Shown: in pieces, positions 15,901 through 27,800 of the stretch
Numbering within the stretch: the first letter of the stretch is position 1
Layout: each line of letters opens with the position of its first letter
Origin: Utricularia gibba
Taxonomy: Eukaryota > Plantae > Magnoliophyta
DNA length: 64,000 bases
Direction of reading: 5' to 3'
Assembly (NCBI GenBank): GCA_002189035.1
Contig: CM007991.1
Span: 5,208,001 to 5,272,000, forward strand
Made by a program: the position numbers and the translations under genes
Notes under the pieces: model-generated
Databases searched by the model: none
What the model was told of the DNA's origin: nothing
The model's input: the letters and a program-made list of their open reading frames with translations, nothing else

Positions 15901-16260
15901 AATTGAAAATATTAAAATAATAAAAAATTGTTATTGTAATTTTTTTTAAAAATAATGATTCAAAAGAAATTGAAAACAAAAGAAAACATTGGTTTTAAAA
16001 ATAATATAAAAAGTGGTTTCGGATCAATGATCCACTTTGCTCAAAACTCACCCATACTTGTAAATGTAAACTTTGAGGATTAACTTGCTTGTGCAAGTTT
16101 TGGGGATGTTATTCTAAAATAATGCTAATCGGTAACTATTATAGTATCGTCCCTTGCTTAGTGGGATTATAGAATCAACATGACACTAGAGCTATTTTAT
16201 AACCCATATTTTAATGATAACCCATATTCTCCCAAACTTAGATATAACCCCTACACCTAT
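12915..16260 (-). mobile_element. Head-to-tail array of four LTR-like units (Ty3/gypsy, Athila-like)
   Basis: Shared anchor TGTTATTCTAAAATA at ~13098, 13862, 15016, 16107. ORF-track peptides 13616 and 14857 are near-identical. Reverse-strand LTR start motif (ACACAAAATCA[C/A]TTATTA) ends at 14790 and 15854. Confidence 0.7.
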
Positions 16261-17395
16261 TGATAAATGAGAAATTTGATATTGCTGCAATAAAATCAAA
16301 TTCCGTATTAAATAAATTTGTGAGCCATAGTCTTCACCAAATACAAAATGCATAGTGAAAGTTTGAGGTCGATCAAGGAGCAAGTGCTTGCTAAGTGTTT
16401 TTATCAGATGTAGGATTACAGAAGAAATGTGACTCTTAGTCTAAGGTCGGAGTAACATCAACATACAAGATATAGAATTTAAAGCAAATAACAATGCAAA
16501 AGATAAATAAACTCGAATTTTGCACAAAGGGTAATGTGATTCCTCAGGGTACTCTGATGGTATGGTAATCAAACCTCTTATTTTGTATGCAATCCCACAC
16601 TTTCATAACCCCAAACAACTGAAATCTACTCGGGAACTAGGTTTACTCGATTTGCATAGTGAAAGTCTAAGGTCATTTGCTATATTTCAACTACAATACT
16701 CCCTAATATCCCAACCAATTCCATGTCGCGGTCTACCCAGTTGTAGAACACATAGAACTAGGTTTACTCGATTCTAAATGTTTTACCCGAGAATAACACT
16801 TAATAAGGCTGTTTCAATCGTTTTGGTCTACCTTCAAGTTGAGAATATTAGTTATGCAGCTGGTTTGTATACCCTTAGGTTTACATGAGGCAAGTAATAC
16901 ATCCAACCATTATGTGAAAATCGCAATCAAACTAGACACTTATTCCACATCACCTTCCTTACCCTAAGGCACTTCCTAAATATAGCCACTCATAATTAGT
17001 GTTATAAGCAAACTTACATAAAAATAAATTGATAATGTCATCATATCTAGTGCTAGAAAAATAGCAATAAAGATAAAATATTTTCTAAATGCTAACAAAG
17101 ATAAAATAAGTTTCTACTTCCTTTCGCTACTGTTCACAGTTGGGAACAATAGCATTGGATCGGGTTTGGATGGTGTTCTTCAGGTTGAAAGGTATTCTCC
17201 ATCTTCTTCTCCTTATTGATTTGGTGTTCATGTTATTGGAGCTTTTCCTCTCTATTCTCTGTTGCTTCCAAAGCTCTCCTCTTCTTCTCTCTCCTCTCCA
17301 AAAAATCTTCTCCGTTCCCAATGTAGATATTGTTCCTTGCCTGAACTTGTAGACTGTGGACAGTAGAATAGTGTATTTTGTCTCCTCGTTGTGCT
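16261..17395 (-). mobile_element. Truncated Athila-like LTR (same family as 27760, 42871, 57538)
   Basis: Begins TGATAAATGAGAAATTT, the reverse complement of the family 3' end. 17130-17370 is reverse-homologous to 28020-28270. Cut at 17396 by the GAACC-rich element. Confidence 0.75.
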
Positions 17396-17580
17396 TAGAG
17401 GTGGGTTCGGTTCCGAACCGAACGGTTCCAACGAACCGTCGATTCCAAAACCGCGGTTCACTATAGACAATGGTTCCGGTTTCGGTTCGGAACCGTACGG
17501 ACGAAACCTTGAACCGAACCGGAACCGTATGGACGGTTTCGGTTCAGAACCGGAACCGAGATTCGGGAACAGAAACGTAA
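17396..17580. mobile_element. GAACCG/CGGTTC-rich MITE-like (possibly hAT-derived) element end
   Basis: About 19 AACC/GGTT words in ~185 bp, starting TAGAGGTGGGTTCGGTTCC. No TSD or second TIR found. Confidence 0.5.
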
Positions 17581-18151
17581 CCATAATCGATTGGTTATTG
17601 TTTATAGGTGTTTTCCAGGCACCCATATAAATCATTGTGGGTGTTTGGCAGTGAAATTTGTAATAATAATTATTTTTTTATATTTAAATATTATCAAACA
17701 ATATATTTAATAATATTAATTTTTGTATTTAACTAAATATATTATGTAATATATTATATTAATTTATAAAAAAACTATAACTTAAATTACTTGATAGATT
17801 ATCTCAATAAAATATAATTAAAATCAATATAATTTGTGACTTAAATAAATGAAATAAATAATTAAATTATTAGTATTTGAATATATATTTGATAAAATTA
17901 AATTTTTTAAAGCAAATACAACAAGATTACAAATCATATAAAATGAATAGAATTATTATTTATATATTTATTTTTTTAAAATGAAGATGTTTATATAGTT
18001 GTTTTATATAATGTTTTGTAAGTATTGTGTATTTTTCAAATTAAAACAAAACAACATTTATTTAATATATTTTGAAAACAAAATATTAGAAGGATTAAAT
18101 ACATTGCATTTTCAAAATTAACATCACATATTTCACGTCTCTTAATAATGT

Positions 18152-18365
18152 TAAGCGTGTCCAGGCTCCAGAGAAGATCCTAGGCACCCTCAATAACGGA
18201 TCAGAGTGTCTGGACAACCTCTAACCGTAATCCTAATTTTAAAATGCGCGCTGCCTTCATTAAGAGTGTCCTGACTCTAGAGAAGATCTTAGGCACCCTG
18301 AATAATGGATCAAAATGCCTGGACGACCTCGAACGACAACCCTAATTCTGAGGCTCACGCTGCTA
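18152..18365 (+). repeat. Tandem dimer of a 109-bp unit
   Basis: TAAGCGTGTCC...GAGAAGATCCTAGGCACCCT at 18152 recurs as TAAGAGTGTCC...GAGAAGATCTTAGGCACCCT at 18261. Confidence 0.8.
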
Positions 18366-18689
18366 AGGCATTAGAGGCACCCTTAGAAATCATTATACGT
18401 GACTCCAAAATGAATTTAATGGATCACTATTCACTAGAGCATATTTCACACGATGCATATGGGAATTCAACAAATGTAACACTAACAACATAATTGTCTA
18501 CTAGAAAAAAAAGTCATCAACAAAAATATTTCAACTACAACATAAGTGTTCAAAAGAACTAATATTAGAGGCTCCCTCTAACAATGTTGTAGGCATGCAT
18601 AATCCCATTAAATGCTCCATGCTTAAGTCAAATCTCATTGGACCCACACGGTTTGGAATTTCACTCTCAATCAACTTATCCGGTTCTTT

Positions 18690-19055
18690 GTATTAAACTT
18701 GTATGATGGGTTTGAATAATATATTTTATCCAAATCTTTTATCTAGATATTTCAACATTATCTTTAAATTTTTATCTTATACACAAATCTTTCACCAAAT
18801 CTTTATCCTTTGAAAGTATTGGGTTGAGATTCATGGCCCATCAAACCCATAAATTCTTAGGTTTTGATTTATATTCAAATTAATTCAAAAATATTATAAA
18901 AATCCACAAAATAGAATTTCTCTCCAAAAAGATCAAAATAGCATAAAAGATGCAAAATCAATTGAAAATAAGGAGAAACGTAGTGTATGACAGATAAAAA
19001 CGACATTCAAGAATAATAAAAGAACTCAATTAGAACAATATAAAATCACATATCA
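18690..19055 (-). mobile_element. 5' fragment of the LTR family of the 12.9-16.3 kb array
   Basis: CCAAAAAGATCAAAATAG...AAAGATGCAAAATCAATTGAAAATAA is shared with 15720-15770; ends ATCACATATCA (TG start on the minus strand). Confidence 0.6.
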
Positions 19056-20619
19056 AACTTGACGCATGTCGTAAATAGGACTAAGCATGTTTTGTGGAGA
19101 AGCTCCTCATCCAACCCCAAGAGCTAAGTAGTTGTTATGCAAAAAGTCGAGTAGTTTGTGTTTCATGCTTGGATTGCGTATTTACGATGATGAATGGAGC
19201 ACTCATCATTTGCCCTTAGGTTGCGTTAGAGTTGTAATCATTTCAAATCAAAACTATATGATTTCGACTCAATTTGTTATTTTTTTAAACCGACATTTTT
19301 TAATTAAAAAAATTAATTGAATATTAAAAATATTTATAAATCATTAAAAATATTACTGGTTAATATTCAAAAATCCAAATAAATAAAAGATTATAAAAGT
19401 CTATTATATAATATTAAAAAACTTATTACCTATTGGTACATTTTTTCATAAAATTCATCTATAAATATCTTATATAAGTCACACACTTTTACATTCAACT
19501 ATCAAAGTCTTCTAAATTTTTACATACATTATCTTTTTAACCCATCATGTCAAGATTTTTATTTTGATTTTAACATACAATTTGTGTTTGGAGATACTAT
19601 CGGATTCGAATTCTAGCAATGATGGTAAATGACAACTTATTTATGTTACACCTTTTCTGCTACTATTTCACTTTTAATTCTCTTGCAAAATGATGGGATG
19701 AAGTTTCCAAAATTTTCTTAAACTTCTCAAGCAAATTATAGGATTCTTTCTTTCGTTTTTTTAAAAAAGAAAGAGATTTAATTATTGGAGAATAACTTCA
19801 ATTTTTCATAAATCTTGAATCAGTTCCATTATCCCAAAATGATAAATTTCCCATTTCTCAATAAGTCGGTTCCTATATATCTTCAAGTCTTTTATGTTGC
19901 GAAAAAATGAAAAATAACAACCATAATTTTTTGAATATTCAAGATAATTTTATTTTTTCCAATCTCAATAAAACTTAATTACAAGCATTGTTCCAAGGAA
20001 TACATTCATAAAAAAGTTGGGGAATTGCTATCTATAAAAGGCATGTTAAGGAAAAACATTATGATAAATAATGTCGATCTCAACAAGCAACATTGAGTTA
20101 AGAGTGTGATAGTACTATCAAATTATCAATATTTTTTAGTTATAAACTTTTATTAATTATTATCATGTATTATTTGATGCTTAATGAAATTTCTTTTTTA
20201 AGAATTTAAAATCATTTTACTAATGATATGTTAAAATAGCTCAATTGGGTTAATTGGTCATAATTGTGGTATTTTTAATGTTAGGATAAGGAATTAGATA
20301 TGTTAGAATAGGAAAAAAGTCAAAATTAGTGTTAGTAAATTTATTTTGGGTAAAAAGTTGTTGTGGGCCTGTTTTGTTTTGATCTTTGGGCTGGGGTGAA
20401 TTTAATGTTCATCCAAGAACAACCAGCTCATCTAGGTTGGGCTGCGTATTTTGACCATTTTGTATGGTAATCATTAGTCTAGGGGCAAAACTAGAAAAAG
20501 GATGTATGCATGTACAATAATACAAGAGTACCTAGCGACAACGGAGGAACGAGGCATGGAAGCCACCCCACGGCATTGGAAGTCATTTTTTCAGACAAAT
20601 TAGATTTCTGACTTTTTAT

Positions 20620-21150
20620 AATTCTTTGAGGTTGGTTTATCATTTTTTTAATTCTTTTTCTCTATGTTTTTTGATGATTTTTATATCTTTTGTATCAATT
20701 TGATATTTTTTGAAAGAAAGTATATTTTATGATTTTTTAGAATAATTTTAGAGTGGACTTGGTGGAGCCAAAGATTTAGGCTATTCTAATGAAGATTTGA
20801 TCAAATATTCTTAGATAAGACAAGATTTGTATAATGTCTTAGAAGACTTTGATATAATCTTAGAAGATTCATATAGAAGATTTGATAAGAACTCATCAAG
20901 AAATCCTAACAAATCTCTACCTCTATATAAGGATCTGAACACCAAGATGTTGTGGGGACCAAAGTTTTTGAGTTAAGTCCAACATCTTTTGATTCATTTC
21001 ATATCGTTTTCATCAATTTTTGTATGTTAGAGTGGAACATGTCCGTGTAGACACTTGCAATTAAGCCTTACTTGCGCAAGTTGATAACACACATTTTATT
21101 AGTGTTTTTAGGTTATGAAATTGAGATGTTTAATGATAAAATTATGTATT
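20620..21150 (+). mobile_element. Opposite-orientation fragment of the same LTR family
   Basis: Reverse-complement similarity to 14500-14790 and 15550-15850; approximate boundaries. Confidence 0.45.
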
Positions 21151-21214
21151 TTAATTATGACTTATAATATTTTGATAATTTTAGTGTTATTTTTATTTTT
21201 ATGTATAATATAGA

Positions 21215-23340
21215 TGTTGCGATCCGAAATCAGTTGAGTTGAAGGAGACCGATTTCCAGGTTGCAGGGCCAAGCCGTTGATGGCCGACTTAAAGTGCTAA
21301 GGCTTTTTCTGGTCGTAATTCAGATAAGGAAAGGTGAAGGAGACGCGAAGTTTAACGTGGAAACTGCTAGGCGATGGAAAAACCACGGAGCTGACGAGGC
21401 TCGTCGAAAAATGATTTCACTAAACAAAGGTGGAGGAAAGATAAAAATTAGAGTGTCGAGAGTTCAACCCTTTCTTCTTCTGGTTTTCTTGTACTTATAG
21501 AGGAGGCTGACTTGATCGAATTCTGAATCCTATAAATGTCGGTTGCTTTCTGTGCCTACTAGTTGTACAATGGTCCTGTTATCGAATAACTGCCGACTAT
21601 CCTAACATCACTACGATTCAACTACTTTTCAGACTGCCCAAAATGGTTGTCACTGCCAAATTCTGACACTTATCAGTCCATCGACCTACAGCCATGTGTC
21701 AAGACATCTTTTGGTTCCTTTTAAGTAATAGATTAAGTCAACCGATTTCAGATCCCATCATTCAGCCCCTCTGATTTGCCGGTATTGACCTTAGGCAAAT
21801 AGGTGAATCAGAATCACGATTGTGTCGATCTCCAATATGCCAATTTCTTGTGGGCTAATCTTCCTCGATTTAGATTGGTCTTCATACCACGCGTCATCCC
21901 CTGGGCGCTCCACATTTCTTTCCGCTCATTTTTTAGCACCTTAACCATCGCACCACTTCGACTTCCAAATAACCCCTATAAATAAATGCTTCTTCAGCCA
22001 TTTTTTCCCTTTACTTCCTCTTTCCACTCGTGAGATTTCCGTGCTTTTTGTGCTCCACCGCGTTCGCCGCCATGAAATTCGCCATAAACTACAAATTTTT
22101 CAGGTACCTATCCGTTCTCTGTCTTTTTCTGTTCAGCTTCGGGGGTTCCTAGATTCTGTTGGGCTTCTTTTTCCCTGCTGCTCTATCTGGCCCAAGGGTT
22201 TTTTTCTCCCCTTATTGTGAGTTCTTTTCTTTTCCAGTATCTATAGTCGAGATGGTTTAAATATTCGATCCCGGACGAATATATCATCAGCTAGGCTAGG
22301 GATTGCCAAATACTCGGGTGTAGGAGAAAGACTCCTCGCTCCTTTTAGTCTCCCTATCCCCATAGCCTATTTGGAAAGCAATCGCCGCTTTCCACTCCAC
22401 CCCCTCATTGTCCAATTTTTGCACATGTTCGCTATCCCACTTTATTGCCTCTCCCCAAACTCAATTTGTTGGTTCACCACCTTCCTCTTTTATTCAGCAG
22501 GCATGGATCCAGGTTTGATGCTGGTGGACTTCTTCTAACTCTTCAAGGTTGCAGTCTGTAAGGCTTAACGTGATGCATGATTTTTCCCATTTTCAATTTC
22601 TCCAATTAGAAAATTATCCTGATTTCATACTTAAAGCCCTAATACCCACCACAACTGATGGTCTTCCTTCATTTGGGTTGCTCCTCTGTTAGGAGCCAGA
22701 TGGAATTTTCCAATAAAGCCTCCTACCCCTTTTTAGGATAAACTGTCTGGCCGCTTTTGTCTATCGAACAAGTCTTGTAGGGATGTATATCGAAGACTGG
22801 GTGAATGTTTCATTAGGTATGAATCTTAGGCCTTGATGCTTTCGCGAGATTCCTTGTTGGCTTGTGGGATACTCGGTAGCAATCGGGGTGGACAGTGGTC
22901 CAATTTCATCATCCCCCCAGGTTCTAAGTTAGAGTACATGCATCTCCTCCAATCTCCACCAAATATTCCTTCCAATTCGGTTGTGCCTCCCTCTTCTGAG
23001 CATATAATCCTCATCTGACCCTCTTCCTGAGCCCTCTGCTCAGCCCCCAGCTCCAAAGAAAAAGAAAAGGGTTAAGGTTTGCGCATAGAAACCCTCCAAA
23101 AAACAAAAAGATAGTCAGTCCCCACTTCTTCAACGGGGCTATATTTAACTTTCTTTGACTATCTTCGCCTGTCGATTCACAATTGATCATATGGCCGGGA
23201 GAGCGAGATTAGAGGCTTCCATCATGGCATGTTTTTTTGTGGAAATGCACAAGATACAGGAGTTGGAACAGGATGTGGTATACTTTCATTCATCTTTTTT
23301 CCACATCTTCTGCAAACTTCATTGTTCTCTTTCAGCTCCT
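21215..23340 (-). mobile_element. Tat/Retand-like Ty3/gypsy 3' end: 3' LTR 21215-21760, PPT, degenerate antisense ORF
   Basis: TG...CA 546-bp LTR homologous to 44853-45355 and 62963-63345. The purine tract GAGGGGCTGAA precedes the LTR on the minus strand. Plus-strand peptide AYLESNRRFPLHPLIVQFLHMFAIPLYCLSPNS resembles the Transposase_28 (PF04195) domain. Confidence 0.75.
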
Positions 23341-23639
23341 TAGGATTTGGGCTGTTAATACATGTTGCATTGCTAAAAAAAAGTGGTTAGAATAAACATT
23401 GGGACAAAATCAAGATTTAGTACAATTTGGACTAAAAAACCTAAACAATGTTTTTAATCACAAAAAATACAGAAATAGCTAATAAAATACCAGTTTAATG
23501 ACATAATATTACTCATTTGTAGTCCAAGACAGTAAAAAACATGTGTTATCAGTTACCTAAATTGTTTGGGTAATTGTTCTCATAATCAATATAATGAGAT
23601 TATTAAAACCAATGTATGGGTATTGATTGTAGAATCAAT

Positions 23640-24818
23640 TGACTGGATGACTCGTCTTCAAGATGCTACTATGAGAAGTTAACCAAGTATCAGTAGCAAG
23701 ATCTCGAATATGACAGTCATGCAAGTAAGCTTAAACTTGAGTTCAATAAAATTATCTTGATCTTCAGCTCATATTTCTGCACAATACTAATGAGATTCTA
23801 GCCATGACTTGCTTAGTATGGATGAGAAGAGATGCGACTCCTTAAGGTTGGAGATAGTTGATTGATCGATAAAGGATTCATTACTCATGTTAACTATGAG
23901 ATCTGATATCAAGTATGTGCATCAAGCCTAACAATATGTCTTGGGCCCAAGGTAATAACACTCAAAGAGTTTGAATAGGTCACTAAAGGTTAGTTTAAAT
24001 GCAACTATAAATTCAACATCTCAGAAAGACATATACTCATGTTCTGGTATTGAATGAGAGATAAGTATGATGAAAACTGTTTATTGCATGGTGGCTGCTC
24101 ATAGAAAAGCTCAATCAATTCACCTAATTATTATTATATTGGGGATCATGATATGTTACTAGACATCAATCATGATCGATGATAATAGATTTAATTATTT
24201 AAGAGTTGATTAATAAATTCATTATTACGATCTTGATTGAAGAAGCTTATGGAGTCACACACAACAGTGAAGTCACTCATCAATATAAAATATAATGACA
24301 TAATTACATGAGATAAAATTGGTAAAGTGGATAAATTAAATAGAGAGTTATTTTGAGATTATTATTGATTAAACTAAAAATAAAAGATTTGATATAGATA
24401 AGATTTTGGAACACATATATATCTATTAGATGTCCACGCGATAAGATCCTTATGGAAATTTGATGAGATATGTTATCAAATATCTATAAAAGATAATAAG
24501 AAATATTTGATCTGCAGATATTTTCATATCTTAATTTTTTCTCAGATTTATCTACAAGAGGCAACTTTCTGTTCTAGCATATGAGGAGATTGACCATCAT
24601 TCTCCTATCATAAGAAGGTTATCGATAGACTACTTCATGCATAGATACCATAGAGGCCATCTACTGTTGGCGGTTGGTAAACAAGTGAGTCCTCTGAAAG
24701 ATATTTTCAAAATTTCTTTATCTAATGTATACCCTATTCCAAGATCTACAATTTGGGTTTCTCAAAAATTTTATATTCCATTGCTATTCTGACATTGATG
24801 TTTACAAGAAACCTAACA
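23640..24818 (+). mobile_element. Long LTR-like repeat, unclassified (possibly copia Angela-type); may extend left to ~23360
   Basis: Homologous to 47190-47850 (+) and 49094-50195 (-); all three end at AAG(A/T)...CC(T/A)AACA. Confidence 0.65.
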
Positions 24819-24829
24819 CATACATGAAA

Positions 24830-27800
24830 AGTCGTGTTGTAAAAAGTAATAAGATAGGGAAACTCCACTAGGGGATTTGTTGCTTGGAGTGATAAGGAAG
24901 AGGAGTTCTAAGGGAAATTCATTGAGCTCTTGTTTGGGGATCCATAGTTTGTTTTGAAAAACCAAAAAAAAAAAAAAAAGAAGATGAGAAAGGGAGAGAA
25001 AAAAAAAGAAAAAAATGGCAAGTCTCTACTTTCAGACTGTACGTTTAATAGAAGTTAAGTTAGAGTCTGGTCTGTGACTAGGTAATAGGAAGGCTCGAAC
25101 TATGAGTAGATGGACTTTGCACACATAAGGTTGTTACCACAAGTCTTGCAAGCACAATGACCATGCATTCCATTGCTAAGGAACTTCTCTTTTCATGTCT
25201 CACTATTGTGCTAAGTACTTGAATACAAAGAGGATTCAGCCTATGTCAGTCATCTAGTTTAGATCATGAGTAAGACTCGAGGACAAGTCTACTGTCGTTG
25301 TATGATAGTGTGATGTTGTGTCAAACTTTATTCCTGCACTTTCCTTTGTGAACTTGCTAGTTGTTTGCATTTCCCACTTGAATCTTCATCTTGTTTAAAT
25401 GTCTTTCTTAGTTGAACTTGTTCACTTCACCATTAGCAGCACTGTTTTCATGCATGAATCAGAACAGCAACTTGATGGCATCATTTCCAATATGATTAAC
25501 TCTCAAATGAAGCAAAATGTTTTCTTTTAATTTCCTAACATACAATTTTACATATTCCGTTCAATGCTTTGAGATTAGGACTAGTAGACGTATTTTAGTA
25601 TTGTAGAAACAATTTCCAAACAAACCCACATGTTTAATCCGACCACCGCTTAGGACTTGCAACTGAAAACTATTTACCCTTTGTGGATCAACTTGTAGTT
25701 GCTACTATTGCATTATTTTCTTTGTGAATGTGATGTAGATCTCTTGTTTAATTTATAAATTTCTATTGTTGGGAGAATCTTTAGACATGTGACACCTTCA
25801 TGGCTTTTCTTTTGTTATAGTGGCACCATTTCCAGTGAGCTAGGTGCTTTTTAGTTGTTCTTCCAAGCCCATGTATGCCTGGCTCATTTGGATTGGTTGG
25901 CATAATGGACCAGTCTATGAAGTTGTTATGAGTATAAGGGCAAAATGAGAATTACAAATCTATATGTGGACAAAAGATAAGGAAGGTTGGCGAAAAAGAA
26001 AGGCAAGAAGAACGCAACAAATGCAACTAGCTACGGGTGGTGCGTGAGACTAACATAAATAAAGAGAGGAAAAGATTGACTGCCTATATAATCCCTTTCT
26101 CTCAAAAATCTTTCAAGCAAGGGCTGCTTTGGAGACTTTTTTGAGGGGAGGAATCTTCTATTATAGAGAGATTTTCTCTCCAAAGAGCGTTTTGGTCATT
26201 GGAGTGGAGAAAAGATGAAGGAAGAGGCATTCCATTGTGACATTAGAAGTAATCACCGATGTCAGAAGTATTGTTGAAACCTAAACAAAAGACAAGGAGG
26301 CCTGTGAACCTATTTTGAGTAGAAGAAAATAGGATGAACACCAGAATTGCAGAACTCAATAAACACCCTATTTTTGTCGCAAATCTGATTTTGTGCATTT
26401 TATTTTACGAATGTGCACACTATTTTCGTTTCGTGTTTCTAACATTCAACTTGTTCAAATGCTTTTCAAATGCTTTCATAATCTAATTTACATACTTTGT
26501 TATCTCCTTTTAGTTTAGGAAATAGTAGAAGTTTTTTTATCGATTAAGTTAGCAAAGAAACGTACTTCCAGAAAAACCCCATTTAATCTAGCTTGCACAT
26601 GGGACCAAAACTGAAAATCATTTGCTCTCTATGGATCAACCTGCACTTACTGCTGCTACACTTATTTCTTTGCAAATGAAATGTGGTTTGTTTGTTTAGT
26701 TTAGAAATTACTTTTGATCAAGAAAACCTTTAGATTTGCAACATCTACAGAACTTTCCATCCATTAAAATTGTGCTATTGCTAGGGAGCTAGGCTCTTTT
26801 TAGTTGTTTTTGTTAATGTGTTTGCATTCCTTTGCACGCAAAAGAAACATGCAAACGAGAAGCATAATGCAACCAAAAAGGCCAAAAAAGGAGCTGCTAC
26901 ACAAGAATCAATTATGAATGCAAATGGAGTAGAGAAAAGTATGCAGGAATATGACTACCTTGATTATTCCTATTGCGGAATCTGCATAAACATTCCATAG
27001 GAAGCCACCGCGTTTGTGCGTAGACCAACGGAAGTGAAAGAAGACAACATGCTTTTAAGTGTTTTTTAATTTACACTTGAAGAAGAAGCAAAGCTGTGGT
27101 TGAGCACCTTGGAATTAGGAAGCATAGGGAGTTGAACCAAAATGAAAAAGGTATTTTTAAACAAATATTTTCCATTCACCAAGGCTGAAGAGTTGAGGAG
27201 AAGAATTGCAGATATTCACCAATTTATGGGAGACTCAGTGCATGAATATTGGGACAAATTCATTAGATTGCTTGCACGTCGTCCGCATCACAGATATGAA
27301 AAGCATACCTTGGTCAAATGTTTTCTGGAAATACTATTGTCATCAATGAGAACTCACTTAGATGCTGCTGTTAGATGGAGCATGACAACTGTCACTCCTA
27401 CCCAAGCCTAGACGAAAATTAAATAGATGGTGAAGCATTCTCAACATTCTTATTCTAGAAAGAACAGGTGCAAGCAAGTAAACTTTGTTGGAGGAAGCTC
27501 GATGTCATATGGCAAGATGCACCAAGCACTTAAGAGTATGAATGAGATGGATAAGAAAATTAATGCGTTGCAGGACATGATGAGAGAATTATGCATGGCT
27601 CAGTCAAAGTTAATTATGTGCGAAGTATGTTCTGTCCTATGACATAAAATCAATTCAAGGAGCTATCAAGAACCTTGAAAAGCAATTGGGACAATTGAAA
27701 ACAATAGTAGAAATTGAGAACAAATCAGGGAAACTATTTTTCAACCCTTAGTGAACCCATGATGACACACATTTTCTCTAAATTTTATAATATAAAATAG

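Noticed and set aside
17252-17635. Overlapping ORFs on both strands with SEP/GSEP repeats; also considered as a CRISPR-like array
   Set aside because: By-product of the GAACC/GGTTC repeat; no constant repeat-spacer period and no cas genes.
19600-20060. Possible very decayed hAT-type transposase (SRFLYIFKS resembles TRFA)
   Set aside because: Too many stops and too little motif support to call.
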